DNA from: Ramazzottius varieornatus
Lineage: Eukaryota; Animalia; Tardigrada
Assembly: GCA_001949185.1 (NCBI GenBank)
Contig: BDGG01000003.1
Span: 3,083,158 to 3,147,157, forward strand
Direction of reading: 5' to 3'
DNA: 64,000 nucleotides
Shown here: piece by piece, positions 1 to 18,856 of the stretch
Position numbering within the stretch: the stretch's first letter is position 1
How the letters are laid out: every line of letters starts with the position of its first letter
Notes under the pieces: model-generated
Told to the model about the DNA's origin: nothing
Database searches by the model: none
The model's input: the letters and a program-made list of their open reading frames with translations, nothing else
Position numbers and translations under genes: made by a program

Positions 1-688
1 GGTGGAACCGCAATCCGCAAGAGATCTTCCCATTTGATGTTCCTAACCGCCGGAGGCACACGGACCGTGGGCAGACCTTGACCTGATCCGTAGCACATCC
101 AGATCAAAAGAATCAATTTGTGAGAAGGTGCACGCAGTTTACTTAATTACCGCCTGAGACAAAATTATTGACCACTGGCCGAAAGCGGCAGCTGCCAGCT
201 GAGGCTGAGCACTTAAACTAATCAATCGATGCGCGACCGCTCTCGGCCGGTGGCCGGTAATTTTGTCCCGGCCGATAACTAAAATTGCGTGTACCCACGT
301 CACTGAAGCCCGCGTCCACCTGATAGGAAGCTGAGTTGATTCCAAACGTTGATTTGGTCGTCTGCCAGGCTCTGCGTGAATCCTTATTATTTTTTGTCCT
401 TCGATCTCCATTCTCCATCTCCAAAAGCTCTTCCCTTCTGTCATTTGGTTGCTTCCGGAGCCACTTTGGAGCAGTCTACATAGACGAATAGTAGTTCAGA
501 AGTCAACGTAAGCATCATTGGAGCGCGCAGCCAGAGTGGGGAGCAGAGGACCTTAGCCACTTGAACTGTTTCACTGGGGACGCTCACTAGTTCTGATCTG
601 GTGAGTGACGAGGATGTGCGGACCATCTCTCAGTATTGCTCCGTAGTCAGCAGCCATTCCTGTAGGGTTTCCTGAAAATTTTCTGAAC

Positions 689-1025
689 ATGTCGGGCAAA
701 CTAAGATCGCGCGTTATCAATCTGTACAAGCAGGTGAGCAAATTGTCACTGATCTGGAAGACTGATTCATCTATCTGACAGTGGTTCATCCTTTTAGCTG
801 CATTATATGGGAAAAGAATACCCGAAAGGCGCAGACTTCTTCCATACACGACTAAAGAAAGCATTCTTGAAGAACAAAGATGTTGAAGATCCTAAAGCGA
901 TCGAAAAGCTAATCGCACGCGGTGAATATGTCATCAAGGAGATCGAAGCGCTCTACATGCTGAGGAAATATCGCTCATTGAAAAAGTCCTATTATCCTGA
1001 TGAAAAACCTGCTCAAACCTCATAG
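689..1025 (+). CDS. ETFRF1: Electron transfer flavoprotein regulatory factor 1 (LYR-motif protein 5), 2 exons
   Basis: Exon 1 689-733 [15 protein letters not shown] (LYK motif); GT-AG intron 734-797; exon 2 [28 protein letters not shown]...[27 protein letters not shown], typical of LYRM5. Confidence 0.92.
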
Positions 1026-2171
1026 AGTGTACGTTAACGCACTCGGATCCTCCTGATCTTGGGACCGATGTATGCTGCTCAGCCTTTTACGACAGATCGA
1101 CTCACCTTGTGGATGTTCTTGGCTTTCTGTGTCGCGTCCGAGATTTGGACATCCTCCACGAGTTGTGCTAGCTGATGACGTCGTCGCTCTTGGCTCTTCT
1201 TTTAACTTCCGTTTCCATAAGCTTGCCCTTCTATTTTTGCCGGTCTTCAGCAAATTCCGTAGACCGTACCTGGAAACATCAATCACGATGCGAAACCGCA
1301 ATCTAAAAGTTTTCCATGGATTTTTATACTACTCGTATATGATCCTTGACTCCCTGTCAGCATCCACCGGCAGTCCGGCAGTTTCTTTGTTCATACAGTC
1401 CGGGTCCCAGTCCGATCTCGATTAAGTCCTGTGTTAAATCCAAAATGTTGATCCAAGACACGGAGGATGCAATGTCCAGGGAAGAGTCAAAAGACTCAGA
1501 GGACTTGCATCTCGCACCAAAAGATGACTCGACGTTGAAGACCGCTCGTCCGATAGATGAATAATGATCTTGGTTTGCTTACCGTTGATTGATGGTTATA
1601 AATGTAGACAAATGGCACGTGATATCACCAAATGTTACCTTGTGTTAATGTCTGACCGGAAATGACCAGGACCTACCTGCGTCCTGATCCACGAATCTGG
1701 AAGGGCCTAATTAAGTAAATCTTTCTGCTTACTACCCAAAGGACAAGTGATCCAAAAACCATATTGTACAGTCCTCGATCCATGAAGCGTTTTACGGGTT
1801 AAGATCGTTGCTTGGTCTTGCTTTAGCCCACGTTCAAGTCGAAGACCCTGGTTTGCCCAAGTTATTTTCGATCCGCGATCAAACTGCTTTTTTATAGCAC
1901 TACGAAAAGACTGCCACCAGCTCAGACTGATCAGCTTAGATATCTAGAGTAACTGAAACTCAAGCCGCGCTCGGACCAAAACAAAATTTACAAAACCATA
2001 CGGGCAGCATGCTGAATCCGTTAAGATGTCGCCGTCGATTCCGAACGATTGAAAGGGTTTAACCTAGCTGTCCACGACTTCCTACAATAGAAACGATGTA
2101 CAGGTAATCATCGCATATTGTGTCGTAGGGTTACTGAGTATGCAAAATCAGCAGAAACGAAGGTCGTATAC

Positions 2172-3390
2172 TTACTCCGGTAGGGCTTCGCCGGATTCTT
2201 TGTGGCCTGCAACGGAAAACAGATGTTCAAGTCATGTCCACAAGTTCAACAGTATAAACTGCAACAGAATACTGTACACACTTACGATGGAGTTCGAGGA
2301 GCAACTGTTCTCTGAAAATATGTTTCAACGGCACAGGGTCCCGCTGTTGTTCCCTGTTGTACTTCCTTTCAGCTTGCGCCAACGTTAGGCCTGTCCATTC
2401 CGCTATTTCAAGCTGGAAACGTTCACATCTCTAAGCAGTGAATAGTGAGACGTAGGCGAGCTAAAAACATAACCGCTTGATAAGAACGTACCGGAACTAC
2501 ATATTCCTTGTATTTTTCAAGTAGGGATTTTGTCTTCTCCGGGTCTCCTGGGTACATTTCGCCCTTTGCAAGAGCCACTAGCATCTCACGTTTCAGTCGC
2601 ATACCGAGCTTCGATGCTAGGTCCACTTGATGAGTCTACCAAAAACAAGAAGTAAATGTTAGGCCAGAACACGCGCAAAGACTTTCTTGCATGAGTACCC
2701 TTAGTATATAATGATCAAAGCCCTTGGCGTCATCGATCAGATCCAAGGTCCGCCTCGTAACGATGGTCAGCATGTGCTTGTCCAAGATTTCGCTATACAG
2801 TGTCACCTGTGAAAGCTTTGGCCACCACCACCTGCAGTTTCTACGGAAAGCAAAAAAACGCATAATTATGTAGGAAAGCATGGGCAGGTAGAACGAAATC
2901 ACTCGGTGTTCGCTGTTCCACGAACTACAGTCCTTACACGCACAAGGCTAGTAATACATACTTGGGCCGGAAACCTTTGCTTTTCTCGGGCATCGTATAT
3001 CCTCTGATGAAGCCTTCTCCTCCCCATAATCCGTATTCCGCCTCGGGTGGGAAGTATGGCTCGATCGGGTGTGTGTCTTCAATCCTCACTCTGTAACGGA
3101 GAGGTTCCGAATGATAAGCCAATAAAAAAAGATAGGCCTTCACGGTAAGGCTGCACCGAAGGGCTTAGCGCTTACATCTTTCCAAGCTCTGGGTCGTATT
3201 CATACGGTACTTCGACAGGTTTGTAGTGAACCGGGATGGGCGTCCTTGTTCTAGCTTCCATATATGCTTTCTTATAATGCTCCGGAAGCTTGTCAAAGCC
3301 TTGAGGGTTGTCGATAAAAGGCTTAAAATTTCTGTCCATGATCTGCCGCGATCTTGTTAAGTTGGTTCTGAGCCACCACGGAACCCTCAT
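2172..3390 (-). CDS. MRPL28: Mitochondrial ribosomal protein L28 (bL28m), about 6 exons
   Basis: Spliced product contains KLPEHYKK, PIPVHYKP, GLWGGEGFIRGY, WWPKL..LYSEILDK, VTRRTLDLIDDAKGFDHYIL, DLASKLGMRLKREML, AEWTGLTL; stop TAA at 2172-2174. Confidence 0.92.
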
Positions 3391-3975
3391 CTTGCCCACC
3401 GGTTATTGTAATTCTGCAAAGAAATCAAAAATCAGCTTTCAGTTTTGAATTATTCGAACTTCGAAGGCACGAATGGACCCTCACGGAACTTTCTGGGACA
3501 TTATCATCCCTATGTACCTGTCGTTGCCAACGATGCTGAAACCTGATCCACAATTCTCCGCGCAGGTGGTAACGGTTATACAGAAGGAAGACCTCCAGAA
3601 GTGAGATAACTTTGTAGCCGGAAGTTGGACTACACCACAGATCACAAAATCCAGAATTCCATTTCCGGCAAGGCGACAAAGTTGACGATTTAGGGCTGCG
3701 TCACGAAAGGGAGATTGCGATTTCTCCAGGAGGAGAAAATAAATCAGCCAATCATTCGTCATACAGTATAAGTTTGTGTTTACGTTTGTCTGTTTTCCAC
3801 GTTGATTAGAAAAATACATCCGTGGCTACTTAAGTTAGAACGGAGACCGCATCCGCCGCCCACACTGCATGGTAGATCGAGGTTTCATTTTCAGACTCTG
3901 TTTCAGATGGTCTTCTGCATGTTGTCCATCCCGCTGTATGCAGCCGGTTCGTTCTAGATCTATTGTCGTAGGACG

Positions 3976-6900
3976 ATGGATATCCAGTCGAAGCCAGGAG
4001 TCGATCCCCATCCCGATCCCAGCATCGACGTGGACACCTTCACGAGGACCAAAGCTGGAAATTCCAAAGACATTCTTCTCGACGAAACTACTGGTAGACG
4101 TCTCTCGGACATCACGGATGGTCGACCGGAAGATGATTTTGATAAGCAGCTCTTCTACGATCTCAGTATCTTCGACGATGTGGACAGCAAGATGAAGGAA
4201 AACTTGGATAACGAACTCGTGAAGACTGCCCTAGATCAAGTAAGTAAAAGTGCTCCTTACACCGATGAGGGGGATGAAGTTGTACGGCGTTTTGTGCCGT
4301 AGGGAATCGATATGCGGGATTACGTGGCCGATGTGGAAGCCGAGCTGAAAAGAGTGGAAGACTTCGCTCTGAATGATTACATCGCCGAAGCAGCCAACAT
4401 CGCCTCTCTTCACTACCAGATCAAGTCTTGCGATTCCGCTTTAGGTCTCATCGAAGACATGCTGACTTCCTTCAAGACCAACCTGGGGAATATCAGTACG
4501 GAAATTCGTTGGTTGCAGCAGCAGTCCGCCAATATGAGCGTTAAGCTCAAGAATCGTCAAGCAGTGCGGAGTGAACTGAGTCAATACATCAACGAGTTGG
4601 CTGTTCCTGAATCCATGATCCGCTGCATCGTCGAGAGCTCCGTGACCGACCAGGCCTTTGTGGAACAGTTACACGAACTCAACCATAAGATAGGTTTCGC
4701 GAAGCAGCAAGCATTCCAAGACGCTCGCTCAGCACAAGATGTCCGCGATGTGCTGCTGAAGTTACGCGTGAAAGCAACGGCGAAGATACGCGACTACCTT
4801 CTACAGAAAATCCAGCAGTTCAAGAAACCCATGACAAACTACCAGATGGCTCAGAATGCCATGTTAAAGTTCAGGTTCTTCTATGAATTCCTCCTGAACA
4901 CCGAGAGAGAGATCGCGAGAGAGGCGAAAGACAGCTATCTGGAAACGACCAGTAAGATATTCTATTCGTACTTCAAACACTACTGGTCGCGGTTGATTAA
5001 ACTACAGCTGGAAGACCTTCCGACGAAAGACGACCTCATCGGAGTGGATGAATCCGCGAAGCGTGGACTCTTCTTCTCGACGGTTCAGCCCAAGATCCGC
5101 GCACCTGTGTTCTCTTTAGGCGAACGAGCGATGATCCTACTTCCGGTCAACCTCGAAGGAGCCGTCATAGTTCCACATACGTCTTCTCAATCGAACCAAC
5201 GCTACCCGTTCGAAGTGCTGTTCCGCAGCATGCATTGGGCGTTGGTAGACAACGCTAGCAGGGAATATCTGTTCATCATAGATTTTTTCATGTTGAGTGG
5301 TCAAGCTGCACAGGATTTGTTCAATGAGATATGGGGAAAGACGATGTTGGTATTGCTGAAGAACCTGGAAGAATTCGTGGTGACTAGCTACGACTCCATT
5401 GGACTGTACTTGTGCCTGCAGATTACCCAAAAGTACAGGGAGCTTCTGGACAAACGTGGAGTGACCGCGTTGGAACCGTACTTCGAAGCAGTGACGCAGA
5501 TTGTCCTACCGAGACTGGAGTATGTCCTGGACCTCAACGTGCAAAGTCTTCGCGCTGCAGATCCTTCAGCATTCAAGATCACTAGTCAGCCTCATTACAT
5601 CACTCGACGGTATGCGGAACTGTTGGCTGCCGTCTTGGTCTTGAAAAATCAAGGTCCGTATTTTCCAGCCTTTTTCGCAGAAATTTCGCTGAAAAAACCG
5701 AAATCTTCGGCCAGGATTTGGCCAATTTGAAGCATGCCAAAGCTCGTTCTTGCGCGTTAATGGAGAGCTCGCCCAAGATCGCAAACAAACTCGACCAAAC
5801 CGTTTTCTCTAGTTCGTAACGACAGCAGCTAGGTGCGTGCGTCACTTTGGAGATGAATGCTGTGGAGTTCTCTTTGCCGTGCTTTCAGTTCTGCTTGGGT
5901 TAATCGAGGGCTATTAAAGTTTTTTTCATGTTGTTTTTTTACCACAGTTTAATCATCATGATACAGGGACGGTTCGCCTCTTGAGTATTCATTGAGGTTT
6001 GGCATTAATCATGATCATCGTTTGGCTCTGTTTTCCACAGGCCCCGACTATCCAAAAGTGACAGCGTCGATTAGGCAGCTACAGATGGAAATGGATAGTT
6101 TGATCATGAGAATGGCGGCTGAGTTCTCCGACCGGAAGTTCCAGCTGATCTTCATGATCAACAATTACGACACCATCTGGACAGTGGTCCAAGAACACAC
6201 GCAGGAAGACTCGAGGGAGATGGAAACACTTCGCGGAACCTTGGCGCAACGAGTTAATGACTTTGTCGAGCAGCTACTGTGGCCCTACTTCGGTCCAATG
6301 ATCGAGTTCATCAAACACAGCGAAGCTGCCATGGAAAGGAACTTGGCAGACACCATCAAGGCCGATGAGAGTATGTCGTGTTATGAATGGTTGATTCAAG
6401 GATTGACAATGTGATGGTTGTTTCTGCTTGTAGAAAAGATTGGATCCCTCGTTCGAAGCTTTAATACCAACTGGAAGAAAGCCATGGACGAAATCAACGC
6501 GGAAATCATGCGGACGTTTAGTAATTTCAAACAGGGAACCAGCATTCTACAGGTAAGCGCAACATACAGGGTGCTTCCGCCAAGTGACTACCACCTGGAA
6601 CTTTAGCGCAGAAAAAATCCGATCGTTCGTTTCCGTCTCGCTCCCTCACTCATTTTGCACAAATTTTCACGTTGATTTCCTTGGGACATAGCTTATTCGC
6701 ATACATTGAACCGTGGGTTGGAAAAAGTTGGTTAATATGACTTCCGGTGAGAAAGACTGTTCAGCATGCACGAGACGGGCTTTGTGGACTTCGTGTATAA
6801 GTACTGAACATCATTCTGCTTTTAACGGACTTGAAACTATCTGAGATCTTACTGAAAATTGCGAAAGTTCGTAGGAATGTCAGACAAGACTTACAAATGA

Positions 6901-8553
6901 ATTAAAACCGGTGGTTTTGCTGGTTTTGCCGGGAAACCACACCTCGTGACAAAAATCGTAACTTACGCTCTGAACCAAAAACTCGGAATTACTACTACTG
7001 CCCATGTAGACCCGTCTTTGTATTAACTCCTGTTACTATTGACACCGCGAGCCCTCTTCAGAACGCTGGATAAAAAAATTTCGAATCTGCGTCTAAAGCT
7101 GAAAAAGTTGTCGATTCAAGCGAATTCATTTTTGCGGAAAGTCTTCCTGCACTTATGCTCTGCTCAATGTACTCAAAGAAGTTCTCGTTACATATAGCCC
7201 ATGAAGTCAGCTACCGCTTCATGCTGTTACTTGCCGATGAAAAATTGAAACCATTTCGAGAAACTTTGTTTTCTGGCGTACACCATATATTTCGGCACGA
7301 TTTTATTAAATTTGTTGTATCATTCAATCGACGAGCGGTACGATGACACAGCATATTCCTTGCGCGAGCTGAACTAACTTAAAGTTGAACAATTTCCAAT
7401 GAGTAGTTTGGATGTAGAAGTGTTAATGACTTCGATACAATTCTTTGCTGAGGGAGAGAGAGAGAGAGCGAGCGAAAAGATCGCTCCGGAGCAGTTTCCT
7501 GTATGGGCGACGGATAAGTGAATAAGTAATTCGCGGGGCGGCACCCTAACTGGTACTGTTGCCGCCGAGGGAGGCTAGAAGGGAAGAAAACGGGAACTGG
7601 GATGATGGCAGCGCGTATCCCAAGTTCCCAACCATTGAATTACTCCGCTGTGACTCAGAATGCAATGCTATAGCCTTATCTTCTTTTGCGACCTACTTTC
7701 GCTTCTCCTCAGTCACATTCCATTCACAAGCTCATCTCCACTAATTTTGTACTTTGCCCATCACCGGGCAAAGTTCAGCAGAGGGGTTCAAACAAACACG
7801 AACAAAACCAGCTCCGGGACGACAGCTCGTGCCCAAAAATCCCATGTTAGACCACCTGAAGTGGTTTGACATGGGATAAGATGGGGTATCAAGTCACATG
7901 CAAGATTGTATTAGTAAGCTCCGCGAGCATTACGTAATAGCCTCACACTGTATCGGCGGCAAAAAATGTGCTCTCAATATCTTATAGCATACACTTTGGA
8001 TAGGTATCAAAACAGTAGGGTACTGTTTTGACCTATACTATAGTATAGACCAAAAAAGTACTCTACTGTTTTGAGAGCACGTTTACTTATGCACTTATCC
8101 GCCGCCCATATTTCTGCCTGCACCTTCCCCAGTCTCGGGTCGAGTTTTGACTTCCCATAGACATTTTCGGAGGCCAACTGGCCAAGTTATCTTTCAAAGG
8201 TGGCAAAAGGAGTGTTTAATCAACGAAAAAAAGTCGCGAGGACGAACACACGCTTGTTTGAAAGAGCCATGAAAATTGCAAGATGGTAGTCACTTGGCGG
8301 AAACACCCTATAATTTTCAAGTTTATTTGCAACTGTTGATCTAACTATTACCTATTCACCTTCTCACATTTGATGTGAGTTCTTAATTCCGACTTAATCT
8401 TGGTAGACCGCCCTGACACATCTTGTGCAATATTACCACAGACTGCACAAGATTTTGTCCTTGCCACAGTTCAAGAATCTTTCTGTCCGTGGTGAACTTA
8501 TCAATCTTCACCATCTGATGGTGGAGGTCAAAAAGTATAAAACTACTTTCTAG
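3976..8553 (+). CDS. VPS52: Vacuolar protein sorting 52 (GARP/EARP subunit), 5 exons
   Basis: Long exon with NIASLHYQIKSCDSAL, LGNISTEIR, YPFEVLFRS, PHYITRRYAEL; later exons LIFMINNYD, FSNFKQGTSILQ; last exon 8407-8553 TALTHLVQYYHRLHKIL...LINLHHLMVEVKKYKTTF*. Confidence 0.95.
7504..8108. mobile_element. Nested MITE (605 bp) inside the VPS52 intronic element
   Basis: TIR TGGGCGACGGATAAGTGAATAAGTAA vs (rc) TGGGCGGCGGATAAGTGCATAAGTAA; TA on both sides. Confidence 0.8.
8007..8074. repeat. Imperfect 68-bp palindrome inside the nested MITE
   Basis: TCAAAACAGTAGGGTACT...TATACTATAGTATA...AGTACTCTACTGTTTTGA. Confidence 0.75.
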
Positions 8554-9049
8554 TGCTTTGACAAATCTGTTATATTGTTGTTGAAAACATCCGGTTTTTT
8601 TCCTGTGATATGAATTGTAAGTTATCTTCTATCTTGTGCTGGCTGATCATGGATAGTAAACAACGAGAACATTTCATTATGTGGTATATCATGTAGAATG
8701 GTTTAATCTAGTTCCGGTGGTTGGTCTCTCTTGTATATTCCGCAAGCTTAGTCAGGTGACAACCTTTTGGTATGTTGGAGACTGATTAATCCATTATGAG
8801 GTTGGGATTTCTCGGTATTTCTCGGTATCTTCTAACCGATAAGAAATAATATTGTCTTCGTTGACATTACCTGACACTGTAGTTAGACCGGGACTGCTCG
8901 ACCCTTCAACACCTCGAACTTGCGGGAGGTGTGACAAGAATGTGCCAGAGCTCCATAACTGACTGCACGTTGGTTATCTGTACAGCTAGTTCTTTGGGTA
9001 GCGAATCCGGATGACGATCCAGGTCGTGCCATTCGGATAGGCTGCCGCG

Positions 9050-10425
9050 ATGACTTGTACCATCGTGTTTTGTCTGGTTTCGACCGTCTTGCTCTTTCTC
9101 CTGACGGCTGATGCCGCACCACGAGCCAGACATGGGAAGAAGGGACTGAATTTCAACCCAAAATGGGCTCCGGTTTACCACCCAAGTATGTGTTTCCCAT
9201 TCCGTCGCTTGCTCAGTTCTTTTTGAAATATTTTTTTAAGTAGAAATCTACCGTGGACAGGGAGGTTTCTACCCGCCACGCGCGAAGGGACATAAATTTG
9301 CCCCCACACCCGATTACTCAGCTGTGATGCAAAGAATGTGGGATCTGGATAGGCATGGCATGACTTCAGCCTCGATGCAGCTGGCATTCCAAGGAAACAC
9401 GACAACTTCATCGACGATCGACCATGCACCGGATAGGTAAGTCTGGAAAATTCTATGGATAATTTCTTTTTGGAGTCTGTTATTGTCTTTCTCATGCTGA
9501 CTGCACCGCTGTTATCGTAGGTTGTTCGCGTATGTTGATGAGGACGTTCTGCTATCGTTTACCACCGTCACGGCGTTTCTGGCGTTGACGGATAACTACA
9601 TCGATCAGTCGGGGATTGAAGAGACTGAAACTGAAGAAGAAACTGAGGAAATCGACCATTTCCTCGACCTGGTTATCGAGACAGATGTCATGAAAGAAGC
9701 GCACCGGTTCCTTCGCGAAAAGTGTGAGCTGCAGTTTACTTCAAAGCCTTTTTGCATGGGCTTTATGATGTGAAGTCTGATATTTTCCAGCGCCCTCTAC
9801 GCCATCTATGGGAGAACCCTTCAAGAACTTACTCAAGGAAATCTGGTTCTCGCTCTATCCTCGTTCGAAGAACTTCAGTCAGCCCTTCGATTCGTCCGGG
9901 TTCGAACACGTTTTCATTGGGGATTCTAAAGCCAAACAAAGATCTGTCGGAGGCCTCCACAACTGGATTCGAGCTTACTACCTGGAAAAAGACGGCATCT
10001 TTGACTACACTGGGTACATCGACAATATCACCGCAGTTCCACCGGTAAACTCACAGCGAAATAAACGCGAAGAAAGCCTAAACATATTACACCTTTTTGT
10101 TTTCGTTTAGGGTCGCTATGTTGCTGGAGCACGATACCGAGCCTACCACAACTACTGGAAGCAGCCTTTCTCCTCCTTCTTTTTCGGTGAGTGATACTAG
10201 ACTTTCTTTTCTTAAGGAGATTACGCATGATTATAGGCGCTTAGCTTCCGGGTGTCCGTAGGTTCCTCACCGGAATTTGATTTGGCCTCTTTCACTTTGT
10301 GCCTTCTGCTCGAACCTAACAGGCAGTGTCGGTTTACGCTTCACAACGAACGATTATCAATTAGGAGCCTCAAGTATGGCTATGGCACCAATTACGTAGA
10401 AACCGCGTACCCGGATGTTACCTAA
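9050..10425 (+). CDS. ENDOU: Poly(U)-specific endoribonuclease (EndoU/XendoU family) with signal peptide, 6 coding exons
   Basis: MTCTIVFCLVSTVLLFLLTADA signal-like N-terminus; MWDLD, LFAYVDE, IWFSLYPR, DSSGFEHVFIG, GLHNW, YWKQPFSSFFFGSSPEFDLA, TAYP motifs; stop TAA at 10423-10425. Confidence 0.9.
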
Positions 10426-10785
10426 AGTGACGGGGAAAGATCTTCTCTAATCTTGTTAACATTACTCTAGTTTTTCTCGGTATCACATCAATCGTTCCAC
10501 CGAACGATTGAATACGCAAGCAAGCATGCGTTCACCACGTTGTCCCTTGCTGATAGTGTAAGATTTCCCTTTTATGTGCTTCCCTTGAAAGAGCCTCCTG
10601 CTTTCGTTGAAACACCATAAGCAGAGAGGTATCGTATAAAGAATATTGAGTAAAGTGTCGCGCGGGTTAGGCTTCCTGAGTAAGGCATCCATGAAGCAAG
10701 GCTTCCGGCATATAACTCAGGAGCTGATGGACCAGAACGGTCGCACCAACGTTTCATAGTTGGAAGGCCAGCTAAAGATCGCGCG

Positions 10786-10858
10786 AGATCGTTATCCTGA
10801 GTGGCGCACCGTTCCAGCCAATAACAATGAAAATGTGCACCACTTGGGATGACGTGCT
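10786..10858. repeat. 73-bp palindromic mini-element (GTGGCGCAC-N25-GTGCGCCAC family)
   Basis: AGATCGTTATCCTGAGTGGCGCAC + 25-nt spacer + GTGCACCACTTGGGATGACG; host context unclear. Confidence 0.8.
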
Positions 10859-12574
10859 TGTACGTCCGGCTTCCCATCATTGAAGACGATCTAGAGCAGG
10901 GAAAATCTGTATTAACATTACGTGTAATTTTTCAACTGCTCAGTTCGTTCGTGGAATATTCCAATGCCAAATGGACAATAGGGCGTGGTCGCGTGGGTCT
11001 ACACGCAATTCTCCGCAGCTTTTGCGGACCACACCAAGCTCCGGAAGACCTCAAAGGAGGTCATTGTGCGATTGTTAATGAATGACGTATACAAATCTCG
11101 ACTTGATGTTTCTCACGTGCCGGAGCTTCCTGAGGAAGATGATAATTATTACGGCTTGTCCCTAGGGTAAGCCTGGTTTGCCTGTCAAGATTACGTTACT
11201 TTAATCGAGGATTTCGTGAATGAGTTTCTTCTTGGATGAAAAATGGCTGTTTCGTGCGTATCATGTGTATCACGTCCCCATGAATAATGGATCGAGTTAG
11301 CCTCGCAAAGAGTTCGGAGATCGAATTAAACAAGATTTAAACGACCCCAAAAAGGATAATAAGGATAAAGTATAATTTTTCTGTTGAGCTTTCAGCTCTT
11401 ACTGAAATGCTCGGAGCTGGGACAGGAAAATCTGAAGATCGCAGTCCGCGTGAACGAACTCGCTGTGGGATCAGTTGTCCCGCATGTTCAGTCCGCTCTT
11501 AGGTGAGGCCCTAAAAGTTTTAAATATGGAAGAAAGCACGACTCATATATGCTGCAGTGTCAGCGGAAACCTTGGTGGTTCTTATGGTTATGAATGCATC
11601 CGTAGACTTACGTCATAAGTTATCAGTAGTTTATACGCAACGATACTGTCAGTCGTCCAAATCCTTCTTCATATTGTCAACCACATTCGCCGAAATTTAG
11701 GTCGGTTACCGGCAAGGTCGGGTTGCTTCTGGCAGGTCCCTTGTTCTGCAGAGGGACAGGCTCCCCCGCATGGGCTAACGGATATCAATGCCTGAGATTA
11801 ATCGAACGTTCAAATCACTGTACACGAGAACATACGGGCATCTTGGATAATTCATCCCGCGGTTGCCCGACACATCATCACTGTTCACCCCCACTGTGTG
11901 CACAGCAGCGTCCGTGCCTTGAATAACGACGAGCCGATCATCGGCGCGGTAGTCATCTATACGTACAATACACCAGTGTGTCGTGTATATATAGGGGTGC
12001 TCGATCGACAGGAGCTCTGGAGACATGAAGATATCTGCGGCATTTCCAGTCAATGCTTTCGTGAGTGGTCGCTTGGTGCCTGACGCCTGTTTGACATTGC
12101 ATATCTTAGCTTGGTTCTCGCAGAGCCGACTGATATTCTGAGATGCGGTTCTTTGCGTTCTAGGTTTGTTTTCTTGGACTCAACTAATGGTTGTTTCAAC
12201 TGGGTGAGACGTCCAGCGGTTTATTTGTGTAAACGATAGTACGACATCACGTTGCATATCCTTAAGGCTGCGAGCGGGAAGATGGTTCTTTGCGACAGTC
12301 GGAGCATCCTTTCGGCGGAAGAAGCGTGATGACGTTCGTCTGTCGATCTACAAGTCTATAACTGATTTAGTATGATGGAGAAGGCTTTTGCTGTGCTCGC
12401 ATGTCAACAGGGGGACATTTCATCGTTATTCAACCTGTGTGGAGTTCATAGTTTTGAAAGCGAGTACAGTGTTGGATGGCCTCTGGTGTAATAAATTCAA
12501 AGCTTACCCTTGACCTTCCAACTTGATGGTTTTAATCCAGAAACGATCCCAGTGTGGATTAGAGGTCTCGTGCG

Positions 12575-18194
<5,620 letters not shown>

Positions 18195-18856
18195 CAGCAC
18201 GTTTCCGGGGAAAGATCAGCTCGAGTCCGGCCGAAGCGCAAAATTGTCGATATTCGAATTGGTCAAAAGATTTGGGATTAGTCGTGTACAAATAGTACCG
18301 CTTTTGTTCAACTGCCTGGTACATCTCATACCTTATTATAGTGGTTACTTGCAAACTGCAGTCGCATCTCACCGTCCAGGAGTAGTGCAGTAAGACGTTT
18401 CCACCCGTCCCGACTCTTGAATGCGGTTACTGCTGGAGTCCGCAGGACACCTTCCGAGCGAGGACGGTTTTTAAAATGCGAACCGTCAAGACCGGTTTTT
18501 CCAGCGCGGTACTGCGATCGCATGCTACACGTAACACGTCTTACGATCGACCGAGCTGTAGTGCATGCTCACAAACATTATATCATAAATTTGTAGCTTT
18601 CAACCAATCTCGCAAGAGTAACTAGTAGTAACAAGCTTGATGGGCTTAATCTGCAGCAATTGCCTTTAAACGAATTCCGAAGTCAGCAGTGCCATCTGTG
18701 AACGATATGCCGCCATTAGTCAGAACTCTATGAAATGGGCGGATCTTTGTGCGTTCTGATGCAGTCATTGCAGTTCAATCGCAAACTCGGCAATACAAGC
18801 AATTGATTTGTTTCATTTGTGATTTCTCGAAGTTCGTTTATCGCGGTGGCTTGCAG

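Larger units (their letters stand above)
6567..8310. mobile_element. Non-autonomous Tc1/mariner-type DNA element (~1.74 kb) in the last VPS52 intron
   Basis: Terminal inverted repeats CAGGGTGCTTCCGCCAAGTGACTACCA and (rc) TAGGGTGTTTCCGCCAAGTGACTACCA, flanked by TA on both sides; no transposase ORF. Confidence 0.85.

Noticed and set aside
1-626. Possible 5' exons of a minus-strand gene divergent from ETFRF1 (e.g. GQGLPTVRVPPAVRNIKWEDLLRIAVP at the window edge)
   Set aside because: Could not build a stop-free canonical exon chain or recognise a family; plausible but unsupported.
1020-2010. Minus-strand ORF fragments convergent with ETFRF1
   Set aside because: No recognisable domain, stops in all frames upstream, no consistent splice phases.
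10580-12083. Protein-like fragments (VAWVYTQFSAAFADH...; IIGAVVIYTYN...)
   Set aside because: Interrupted by stops, no family recognised; at most a decayed gene.
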